In this document: piece after piece, positions 18,416-26,728 of the stretch
How the letters are laid out: each line of letters opens with the position of its first letter
Position numbering within the stretch: the stretch's first letter is position 1
Assembly (NCBI GenBank): GCA_963665815.1
Contig: OY762463.1
Location: 917,469 to 981,468, forward strand
DNA length: 64,000 nucleotides
From: Candidatus Cloacimonadales bacterium
Lineage (GTDB): Bacteria; Cloacimonadota; Cloacimonadia; Cloacimonadales; JAIOQZ01
Direction of reading: 5' to 3'
Notes under the pieces: generated by a model
The model's input: only the letters and a program-made list of their open reading frames with translations
Databases searched by the model: none
What the model was told of the DNA's origin: nothing
Program-made: the position numbers and the translations under genes

Positions 18416-19761
18416 AACACATAGGATTTGTACCGGAGAATGGCTTATGTACCGGATGTGGTGCCTGCACAGGGATTTGCCCTGTTAATGCAATTACACC
18501 GGTATGGGATAAATACGGTGACAGAGTACCAGAAGTTGATAGCGCAAAATGTATTTCCTGCGGACTCTGCGTGAAGGTCTGTCCCGGGTACAAGGTTGAC
18601 TATAAACATCTCAATCTAGAATGCCATATACAGGAATCTGACACGCTCAAAGTAGGTGTTGGCTCATGTAAATCCTGCGATATAATATACACTGAGAACA
18701 GAGAATCATTTCAGGAAGCAACATCCGGCGGAGTTGTGCGTGAATTACTTGCCACTCTTATTGAGAAAGGTGAAATCAACGGAGTATTGATGATAACAGC
18801 TCAGGAAAAATTGAGTTTTCCTTTCTATGCCCCATATAAAGTATTTACTGATCCCGATGAGATCCGCAAGCATAAAGTTCATTCCCGATATTGCCCTGCC
18901 CCACTTTTGGAAGGACTCAAGGAAATTGAGAGTGATGATAAAGTGTATGCTATTGTAACCCTCCCATGCCACACGCACGCAATACGGAATTTACAGGCTG
19001 AGAAGCCGGTCTGGAAGAAAAAGCTAAAATACCTGTTTGGGCTGATATGCAGCGGCACACCAACAGCAAATGCCAATGCTTATCTATTTGCTGATAATGG
19101 GGTTGATGAAACTACCCTGGACTGGGTTGATTATCGTTACGGTGAATGGCCCAAAGGTGTTTACGGTAGAGACAACGAAGGCAAAATGCACAACGTTCGT
19201 AAAATGGGTGGACTAAAAGAGCAGAACAGATTATTCCAGATGATCGGAATGGTTTATATGAGTCCATACTTCTGGAGACGACGATGTCTTTTCTGTGCTG
19301 ACTTTTTCAATCAATATGCAGATATAGCCTGCGGTGACCCTTGGGTCAGAAAGTACTGGAAAGGCTCGATAAAAGACGGTCTCAAGGGTGGAACTCTCAC
19401 AATCATCAGAACTGAGCATGTTCAAAAGCTGGTAGATGAAATGCTTGCAGCCGGAAAGCTGGACAAAAGAATGGAAGTTGAACCTGACGACATTCATGTT
19501 TCCATGGGTGTTTTCCAGCATAAAAGAATCAAACCGTTTGAATCATACAAAAAGCATGTACATAAATTTAACATGGAATTCCCTGATCATCAGCACTTTG
19601 AAAATCCATATAATGATTTGAATAAGCGGGAAGGATACTTCAATCTTTTGAAAAGTCAACTAACATTAAAGCGAAGTCGATGGTGGATATTTAAGTACAT
19701 TCAATTTGTTGAAGAAGGCTTTGCTTTCATAAAACGTAAAATCAAACGAGAAATAGCATAG
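18412..19761 (+). CDS. FrhB/FdhB-like (coenzyme F420 hydrogenase beta-type) Fe-S flavoprotein, copy 1
   Basis: ATG 18412 (ATGA overlap with the upstream stop) matches the paralog's N-terminus. Two ferredoxin motifs: CTGCGACTGICP and CISCGLCVKVCP. Conserved TLPCHTHA and CLFCADFF...ACGDPW. Confidence 0.75.
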   Translation: MKHIGFVPENGLCTGCGACTGICPVNAITPVWDKYGDRVPEVDSAKCISCGLCVKVCPGYKVDYKHLNLECHIQESDTLKVGVGSCKSCDIIYTENRESFQEATSGGVVRELLATLIEKGEINGVLMITAQEKLSFPFYAPYKVFTDPDEIRKHKVHSRYCPAPLLEGLKEIESDDKVYAIVTLPCHTHAIRNLQAEKPVWKKKLKYLFGLICSGTPTANANAYLFADNGVDETTLDWVDYRYGEWPKGVYGRDNEGKMHNVRKMGGLKEQNRLFQMIGMVYMSPYFWRRRCLFCADFFNQYADIACGDPWVRKYWKGSIKDGLKGGTLTIIRTEHVQKLVDEMLAAGKLDKRMEVEPDDIHVSMGVFQHKRIKPFESYKKHVHKFNMEFPDHQHFENPYNDLNKREGYFNLLKSQLTLKRSRWWIFKYIQFVEEGFAFIKRKIKREIA

Positions 19762-19770
19762 GTAATATAG

Positions 19771-21123
19771 ATGGAACATATTGGATTTGTCCCTGAAAAC
19801 GGAATGTGTACCGGATGCGGTGCCTGCACAGGAGTTTGCCCGACCGGAGCAATATCTTCCGTCTGGGATGAGTACGGTGACAGAGTCCCCAAAGTAGATG
19901 AAGACAAATGCATTGAGTGCTCTTTATGCGTATTAGTGTGCCCCGGACATAATGTAGATTATGCAAAGCATGCTGAGCAATGCAGCTTTACTACCATGAA
20001 AAGTCTGCAGTCAGGTTTACAGAGTACCGATAAATGTTCTGTACTTTATGCAAAAGATGAAGAGTTACTCAGCACATCAACATCAGGAGGTCTGGCAAGA
20101 GAACTGGCAGCTTCTCTCATTGAAGAAGGAAAAGTAGACGGAGCATTGATGATTGTCTCTGAGAACCATGTAAAACTGCCGTTATATGCAAAATACAAAG
20201 TATTCACTGATCCTGAAGAGATCAGATCACAGGATAAACATTCCATGTATTGCCCTGCCCCACTTCTGGAAGGTTTGAAAGATATTGATGATGATGACAA
20301 AACCTATGTTATAGTTACACTCCCCTGTCATACACATGCAATTCGAAAATTACAGGCAGAAATGCCACGCTGGCAGAAGAAGATAAAGTATGTTATTGGG
20401 CTTCTATGCGGAGGAACTCCCACTGCAAAAGCAAGCATGTTTCTGTTTGAAGAAAATGGAATTGACTACCACGACATTGACTGGATTGACTACCGATACA
20501 AAGGTGCGAGAGAAGGTGTTTACGGTCGAGATTCATCAGGAGAACTGCACAACGTACGTATCTTTGGTGGACTGAACGACAACAGTCGAAAAAAGCAGAT
20601 GACCGGAGCAATATTTATGAGCCCCTATTTCTACCGCAGAAGATGCCTTTTTTGTGCAGACTATTTTAATGCTTATGCAGATGTTTCCTGCGGTGATCCA
20701 TGGATAAAGAGCTTCTGGAAAGACTCTCTTAAAAAAGGAGATAACTGGGGAACACTTACAATCACCAGAAACCAGGAAATTGACGATTTTCTTAAAAAAC
20801 TACAATCTAATGGCGTTCTGGAGACACGACTGGAACTGACTGCCGAACAAGTCACTGAATCAATGAGTCCTTTCCAGAGAAAAAAGATTAAGTTGTTCAA
20901 CTGCTACAGAAAATATACCGGGTTGTTCAACATGATGTTCCCGGAACATGTCGGACTGAAAAATCCACATAGAAACTACTCATCGTTCAGAGCTTTTATC
21001 AATCTTCTTAAAAACAAATTTGCACTGAATCAAGAGTTATGGTGGACATTCAAGTATGTTCAGTTCCTGGAAGAAGCTGCAGCTCTTATCAAAAGAAAAC
21101 TAAGAATTAATTCTCCGGATTAA
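19771..21123 (+). CDS. FrhB/FdhB-like Fe-S flavoprotein, copy 2 (tandem paralog)
   Basis: Colinear with copy 1 along its full length (MEHIGFVPENGMCTGCGACTGVCP, CIECSLCVLVCP, TLPCHTHA, CLFCADYF...SCGDPW). Confidence 0.75.
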   Translation: MEHIGFVPENGMCTGCGACTGVCPTGAISSVWDEYGDRVPKVDEDKCIECSLCVLVCPGHNVDYAKHAEQCSFTTMKSLQSGLQSTDKCSVLYAKDEELLSTSTSGGLARELAASLIEEGKVDGALMIVSENHVKLPLYAKYKVFTDPEEIRSQDKHSMYCPAPLLEGLKDIDDDDKTYVIVTLPCHTHAIRKLQAEMPRWQKKIKYVIGLLCGGTPTAKASMFLFEENGIDYHDIDWIDYRYKGAREGVYGRDSSGELHNVRIFGGLNDNSRKKQMTGAIFMSPYFYRRRCLFCADYFNAYADVSCGDPWIKSFWKDSLKKGDNWGTLTITRNQEIDDFLKKLQSNGVLETRLELTAEQVTESMSPFQRKKIKLFNCYRKYTGLFNMMFPEHVGLKNPHRNYSSFRAFINLLKNKFALNQELWWTFKYVQFLEEAAALIKRKLRINSPD

Positions 21124-21125
21124 AC

Positions 21126-22421
21126 ATGTTTATAATACACGTACCTGAATTTAATTACAATAAAATACAATATATATTTAAAGTTTTACTTGAAGTATGG
21201 TCAGACCTGAAACCAGTCTACTACAAGCATGAATTTAACTACATTGAAATATCTTCTGAGCAAGGTAAAATCAGGCTGCATTCTGAGATGTTCAATATCA
21301 TCAAAGAGCGGAATCTGGTAAAGGAAGACCTCAGTATTAATAATATTGAGGTTGAGAACATCAGAACTAAAACCCTGTTTAAATCCGACAAACCGGCTCT
21401 TGTCATAAAAGATGGATTGATTGAAGTAAATGCGGATATAATCGGATCAGCCTTTTTCCTGCTGACAGGATATGAATCCGCAATCCACAATCCTCTCGAT
21501 AAGCATGGACGATTTGAAGCTAAAAACTCGCTCATTGAAGATGTAATAGATAAGCCTGTCGTTCACGATTATTGCAATATCATCCTTAGTCTACTGAGAA
21601 AAATCCATCTCAATATTGATGTTCCGAAAAACGGTTTCAAAGTCATTCCAACTCACGATGTTGATCATCCGACTGAGTATATGAACCTACCTCTGCCCCA
21701 CCTGCTCAAGAACTGTGCAGGAGATGTAATCCTGAGAAAGCAGAGCTTTGTTCCAAGGCTATTGAACTATACAAAGAGCAGATCATCAAGCTTTGCAGAT
21801 CCTTTTGACACATTCGACTATATGCTCGATCAAGAGAAAGACTTTGAATCAATCTATTACTTTTTCTTTGGTGATTTTAACTGGGATAACCCATCATACA
21901 GAATCGATGAGTTTATACCATTGCTTGAAAGAATAAGAAAGCAACTGAACAGTAATATAGGAATCCACTTTGGATTGGGGACATACAATAATCAAGCAAA
22001 GATGACAGCTGAGATGAAGAAAGCAATCTCGTTAGTTCCAGGGCTTAAACATTCAAGACAGCACTATTTATCGCTTAATGTTCCTGAAACTTTGTGTAAT
22101 CTGTCAGAGACAGGAATCAAAATGGATTCTACTTTTGCATTCAGGGATAAAGCCGGATTCCGCTGTGGCGCTTGCCGACCTTTCCCACTATACGACTATA
22201 AGAATGATTCAATACTGGAAACATGGGAGAAACCCTTGATACTGATGGAGTCTCAAATAATCGATAACCCTGAATTAACCTGTTTAGAGAAAGCTGAGCA
22301 AATATTATCCGTTAAAAACACAGTAAAAGAATATGAAGGTGAGTTTGTATTCTTATGGCATAATCACAGGTTAGTTGAGGAGAATGAGAAACACCTTTAT
22401 GAGCTGACAATTAAGGGATAA
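21126..22421 (+). CDS. Putative polysaccharide deacetylase-like protein (CE4-superfamily-like, THDVDHP motif)
   Basis: 431 aa. IPTHDVDHP metal-site-like motif after a ~170-aa N-terminal domain. Operon context. Assignment is from memory of similar EPS-locus proteins. Confidence 0.45.
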   Translation: MFIIHVPEFNYNKIQYIFKVLLEVWSDLKPVYYKHEFNYIEISSEQGKIRLHSEMFNIIKERNLVKEDLSINNIEVENIRTKTLFKSDKPALVIKDGLIEVNADIIGSAFFLLTGYESAIHNPLDKHGRFEAKNSLIEDVIDKPVVHDYCNIILSLLRKIHLNIDVPKNGFKVIPTHDVDHPTEYMNLPLPHLLKNCAGDVILRKQSFVPRLLNYTKSRSSSFADPFDTFDYMLDQEKDFESIYYFFFGDFNWDNPSYRIDEFIPLLERIRKQLNSNIGIHFGLGTYNNQAKMTAEMKKAISLVPGLKHSRQHYLSLNVPETLCNLSETGIKMDSTFAFRDKAGFRCGACRPFPLYDYKNDSILETWEKPLILMESQIIDNPELTCLEKAEQILSVKNTVKEYEGEFVFLWHNHRLVEENEKHLYELTIKG

Positions 22422-22432
22422 AGGGTAATGAA

Positions 22433-23608
22433 ATGAAAATAATTATGATTGGTCATATTAATTCGGAAACAAGTGATGCAACCAGCATCCACTTCAGCGA
22501 AACTGCAAACGCTTATAGCAGACTTGGACATTCTGTGAGTGTTATCAGTCCACAGGTAACACGAGATATTTACGATACTGAGATAGAAATCAAAGATTAT
22601 CCTGTTAAGTATGAGGAATCGCTTAAAAATGCCTTCTTGCACAGCTTTTGGATATATAAAAAGTTGTTTAAGGTCATAACACCGGATACCGATCTGATAC
22701 ATGTTCGCTGGCGACTATTTCCTGCAATATTAGTCCGATTGCTCTGTTGGCTGAAGGGTTGTTTCCCGCATATTCTGACAGAACACAATGGTTGGCTTGA
22801 TCTGGAAATTAAGATTCAGAGAAGCTCAAAACTGATTGCCTGGATTGGCAAAGCGCTACAGATAGCTGACGCAATGACAGCCGACCAGACCCTGACTGTG
22901 ACAGATGGAATTCGTAAACTGCTTATTGACTCTGGAATACTGCCTGATAAGATTTTCACAGTTGGAAACGGTACAAATATTTCTCACTTCTATCCTTTGG
23001 AAAACAAATCCGGATTGAAACAATCGCTACTGGGAGTAGATGGTACAATTATTGGTTTTATCGGCAATATTTCAAAGTGGCAAGGTATTGATGATATTGT
23101 TGATAGCTTTGCTAAAGTAAACTGTAACTTTAATAATGTTTATCTGCTGATTGCCGGTTCCGGAATGTATAAGGAAGAGCTGGAGAAGAAAATCCGGCAG
23201 ACTGATTATGCTGATAAAATCATACTTAAACCCAACATACCTTATGACAAGGTAAATGAATGGATGAATGTAATAGATATTGCTGTTGCTCCCAAAACGA
23301 AGAAGCTTAACATTGTGGGCTACTCCCCTCTCAAAATCCGTGATTATGCGGCAGCAGGTTGTGCTGTTGTTTCAACGGATGTAAACGGTATTTTAGAGCT
23401 GGAAGAGCATGGATGGCTCAAGACATATAATCCCGACAACCCGGAGAGCATGGAAATCCTGCTTTCCAACATGCTTCTGAACAATGATCATGAGGAAATG
23501 GGTAGAAAAGCCAGAAAATACGCCGAAGAGCATTTCAGCTGGATTAAGATTGCAGAGGCTATAATCGGGAATTTACCTGTAAAGGTAACTAATTCGAGAA
23601 GTAGGTAG
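22433..23608 (+). CDS. Glycosyltransferase family 4
   Basis: GNISKWQGIDDIV, LLIAGSG, IAVAPK...GYSPLKIRDYAAAGCAVVSTDVNG. Last gene of the co-directional block. Confidence 0.8.
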   Translation: MKIIMIGHINSETSDATSIHFSETANAYSRLGHSVSVISPQVTRDIYDTEIEIKDYPVKYEESLKNAFLHSFWIYKKLFKVITPDTDLIHVRWRLFPAILVRLLCWLKGCFPHILTEHNGWLDLEIKIQRSSKLIAWIGKALQIADAMTADQTLTVTDGIRKLLIDSGILPDKIFTVGNGTNISHFYPLENKSGLKQSLLGVDGTIIGFIGNISKWQGIDDIVDSFAKVNCNFNNVYLLIAGSGMYKEELEKKIRQTDYADKIILKPNIPYDKVNEWMNVIDIAVAPKTKKLNIVGYSPLKIRDYAAAGCAVVSTDVNGILELEEHGWLKTYNPDNPESMEILLSNMLLNNDHEEMGRKARKYAEEHFSWIKIAEAIIGNLPVKVTNSRSR

Positions 23609-23844
23609 AGGTAACGCTTCGTATCATCATGTGATCAGGTAAATCACGAGAATCAAGGTTCGGACATTAAGATGAGACAAACGGCTGTATCCCTCTAAGC
23701 GGTTGGTTGAGCTGTACAAGCTTTCACGATTTAGATGATTATTTCTACCAATACATCGACTGTGGATTATGGCTGATTAACGCACAGGTGGAGTATTCTT
23801 ATAAGAGAACTTTAGTCATTCCTGATGTATTCACCCAGAAACAT

Positions 23845-24252
23845 CTACGCTAGTTCTGGATGTGTTCCTTCTAATTTTATCTTTTGAATAAAATCCTCGG
23901 TAGTATACATAAAAAAAGTATTGTACTTGTTGATTATCTCTTTTTTACCGTTTATTGCATTTATCTGCCTGAGAAAATCCCTATTATCTGACTTTACATG
24001 AACTTTGACATTGCCAATGAAAACAAAACCAATCTGCTTTCCGCATACCGGTGTCATAAGATAAAAATATCCATTATAAAATGAAATATTTGCAGCATTA
24101 TTGACATAATCCAGTTTTTTTACTTTATACACCTGCGATTCATCAAAACTGATTTCAGATATATCTTCAATGAATCCATTAAGACTTACATTAGACTCAT
24201 TCTGTAGTTCATCTCCCGAAAGACTTCCGAATCCCATAAAATAATGACACAT
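23845..24252 (-). CDS. Small ORF homologous to the N-terminal domain of the adjacent M1-like protein (domain-only paralog or gene remnant)
   Basis: GNVKVHVKSDNRDFLRQINAINGKK aligns with GNVHFMLKSDAEEAVRQFRNATNK of the 760-aa neighbour, and the flanking blocks are also colinear. It has no signal/TM and no peptidase body. Confidence 0.4.
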   Translation of the reverse strand: MCHYFMGFGSLSGDELQNESNVSLNGFIEDISEISFDESQVYKVKKLDYVNNAANISFYNGYFYLMTPVCGKQIGFVFIGNVKVHVKSDNRDFLRQINAINGKKEIINKYNTFFMYTTEDFIQKIKLEGTHPELA

Positions 24253-24286
24253 GACAGTAATATTTTACTGATTATAATGTTCTTCA

Positions 24287-26569
24287 TTATTTCTTCTCTT
24301 TTAATATCACAGTGTTAAACGGATCAAATATCAATTCTTTCATTTCCATAGGCAGCTTCAGTTTCTTTGTATATGTTTTACCAATCACATCCACATTGAA
24401 TGTTGATGCTGCTCCATTCTGATAAACGACCTGTAGTGGAATTCTGGATATGAAGTTATCCCCCACTCCCGATTGTGTTATCTCTAAATTCAGATAGTTA
24501 ACGCCATTTTCCTGAGTTCCGGAGTAATCATACTCAATTTCAGGAAGCTTGTTACCATATACCCACTGATCGAAGAACCAACTCATGTCTGTACCGGTTA
24601 TGCTATTTACAGTCCTAATGAAGTCTTTTGTACTTGCTTTTTTCCCTTTGTATTCAGAGTAGAAATTCCTCAAGATTGTCAGGAAAACATCATCATTCTT
24701 CCCTTGAAGATTCATAAGGTAATATCGCAACATGTGCATTACATAAGTAGATCTTGATCCTGAATTGTTATCGTATACAGCATCAGGAAGCATTCCGCAA
24801 CTGACAGATGCTTTATAGTATTCTCTAACAGAATCATTGGATAATGTAATATTATCATTATATATTTCTTCTCCGCTTGAATCACACTTATGTATAAGTA
24901 AAATAGACGTAATCTTCGCTAAAGAGTTTATAAGCCATGAATCATTTGATCTGAAAGGCTTAACACTTTTTCCCCACCAAAGCTCTGCAACTGAAACAAC
25001 CGGATAAGCAATCAGCAAATTATTGAGCTGTTTTATATATAGTGGATTGCCAATGTTAGCGGGAAGCTCAGGAAATCCAAATACAACATAATCAGGTATT
25101 GCAATATCATATCCATACGATTCAATAAAGCTGACTTTACTTGATTCTAACTTCCCTAATATGTTAGACATAATCTCCATCAGATTCATTAGCCTTTCTA
25201 CTTCATCATCCCTGTCCTTATCCATAAAAACTGTTACCTCCGGCACTCCCTCTCGAGTTTTAACGCTTTGTTTGCAATCTCCCAGAGAGAAATCAATGTG
25301 ACCAACAGGTTGCCTTGTCTTCCAGACTGCTGTTTTCATTTTTCCAACTTTTTCTTCAGAAATTTTATCTCCGACACAAAACAAATTGTACTTCTTGGGA
25401 TATGTGAATTTAAGATTAGCATGAAAGTATGTTTCTGATGGAATATAAGGGAACCAGAACAAATGAGATGCAGTTGTATTCAACGTGTAATGGTATGTAT
25501 AAATGTATGGAGCCTGATATTTAATCTTCAACTGATACTTCCCATCAGTAACATTCTCCGGTAATTTAACCCATAAGTATTCTTCTTTAAGAAAATGATC
25601 CAGAGGATAATCATTTGAATCTCTGACAAACTCAAGCTCGAATTTTTTCATATTTAACAAGTATCCAACTTCAATTTTCAACCATTGAGAATGCCCATCC
25701 CTTACATTAAAAAAAATACTCCCATCACACACAAGAATTTTATTTCGGGTTATTTCAATATCCAGGTCATATTTCTCCACATCAGTAGAAAGGATTTTAA
25801 CAGGGGCAGGAATATTGCCATACTTATGATAATCTTCTAATTTGTTGAATAATATGTTATTGGAAAGAGATTTCTTGAACTTGTTATTTGCAGGTATAAA
25901 GTGAAGAAAATTCTCTCTGTCTCTTTCAGGATCATACGAATAATTTACTACCTTTATTCTATTATGATTGTTCAGTAAGCAATATCTGATAAAACCTTTA
26001 GAGTTATCTTCAATTATCTTTTCAACAATGTAGTCCCATAATACTAAATCCGATCCATCACTAATGCTCATCTTGTTCATTCTCACATCGATGTTTTTGT
26101 ATTCCGGATAATTATCTAACTTCTGAAACTTACTTCTCACCTCATTAACTAATCCTCGTGTATCAGTTATAAATACCTCATCATAATCATCCTCAAAAAA
26201 ATCTTTATTTGTTGCATTTCTGAATTGCCTGACAGCCTCTTCTGCATCTGATTTAAGCATAAAATGTACATTACCTCTGAATGCACTGAAAACATTTTGA
26301 TTGTTAACGGGGCAATATACATACAGAAATCCATCCTTCAGCACCAGTATCGAAGCATCGACTTTAACTTCCAGACTATCTATCTGATAGACTTCCATAT
26401 TTTTCGTGCTCAAATCTTTGAATTCAGTATAGATTCGCTCTATCTCAGTCATCCCCTCATCAGCTCCCAGATTTACACATAATAATAAAATAGATATCAA
26501 AATCCCTAAAATCACAATAAACTCCTGAAAAAAAATATTTACTATGAAATCTTCGCATAAATGTTTCAA
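24287..26569 (-). CDS. M1-family (aminopeptidase N-like) homolog lacking the HExxH zinc motif, N-terminal membrane anchor
   Basis: The C-terminal DMSWFFDQWVYGNKLPEIEY is typical of the M1 fold. The position expected for HExxH-x18-E reads VSVAELWWGKSV...WLINSLA. No HExxH occurs anywhere in the 760 aa. Confidence 0.6.
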   Translation of the reverse strand: MKHLCEDFIVNIFFQEFIVILGILISILLLCVNLGADEGMTEIERIYTEFKDLSTKNMEVYQIDSLEVKVDASILVLKDGFLYVYCPVNNQNVFSAFRGNVHFMLKSDAEEAVRQFRNATNKDFFEDDYDEVFITDTRGLVNEVRSKFQKLDNYPEYKNIDVRMNKMSISDGSDLVLWDYIVEKIIEDNSKGFIRYCLLNNHNRIKVVNYSYDPERDRENFLHFIPANNKFKKSLSNNILFNKLEDYHKYGNIPAPVKILSTDVEKYDLDIEITRNKILVCDGSIFFNVRDGHSQWLKIEVGYLLNMKKFELEFVRDSNDYPLDHFLKEEYLWVKLPENVTDGKYQLKIKYQAPYIYTYHYTLNTTASHLFWFPYIPSETYFHANLKFTYPKKYNLFCVGDKISEEKVGKMKTAVWKTRQPVGHIDFSLGDCKQSVKTREGVPEVTVFMDKDRDDEVERLMNLMEIMSNILGKLESSKVSFIESYGYDIAIPDYVVFGFPELPANIGNPLYIKQLNNLLIAYPVVSVAELWWGKSVKPFRSNDSWLINSLAKITSILLIHKCDSSGEEIYNDNITLSNDSVREYYKASVSCGMLPDAVYDNNSGSRSTYVMHMLRYYLMNLQGKNDDVFLTILRNFYSEYKGKKASTKDFIRTVNSITGTDMSWFFDQWVYGNKLPEIEYDYSGTQENGVNYLNLEITQSGVGDNFISRIPLQVVYQNGAASTFNVDVIGKTYTKKLKLPMEMKELIFDPFNTVILKEKK

Positions 26570-26728
26570 TTTATCAGATGATGATTGACTCTACTATTGT
26601 GCAAAAATCTCACATTTCAGAATTTCATGATCAAATAATTTCAGTCAATAAATTAATTTTTCATTTGATCAATTTATATCGATAAAAACAATGACATCAT
26701 ATTATGATTTCTATTAGATGAGGTAAGT

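Noticed and set aside
18402-19913. Two minus-strand ORFs (18402-18593 and 19701-19913) that are similar to each other (…PVQAPHPVH-x-PFSGTNP…)
   Set aside because: Their similarity only mirrors the conserved ferredoxin-motif DNA of the two FrhB-like paralogs on the plus strand. They are not independent genes.
23609-23844. Compositionally different segment after the operon; checked for tRNA/tmRNA/SRP-like features and for a decayed continuation of the 135-aa ORF
   Set aside because: I could fold no cloverleaf or conserved RNA motif. The frame translations show only vague, out-of-order resemblance to the M1-like protein. It is mentioned only as context in a finding.
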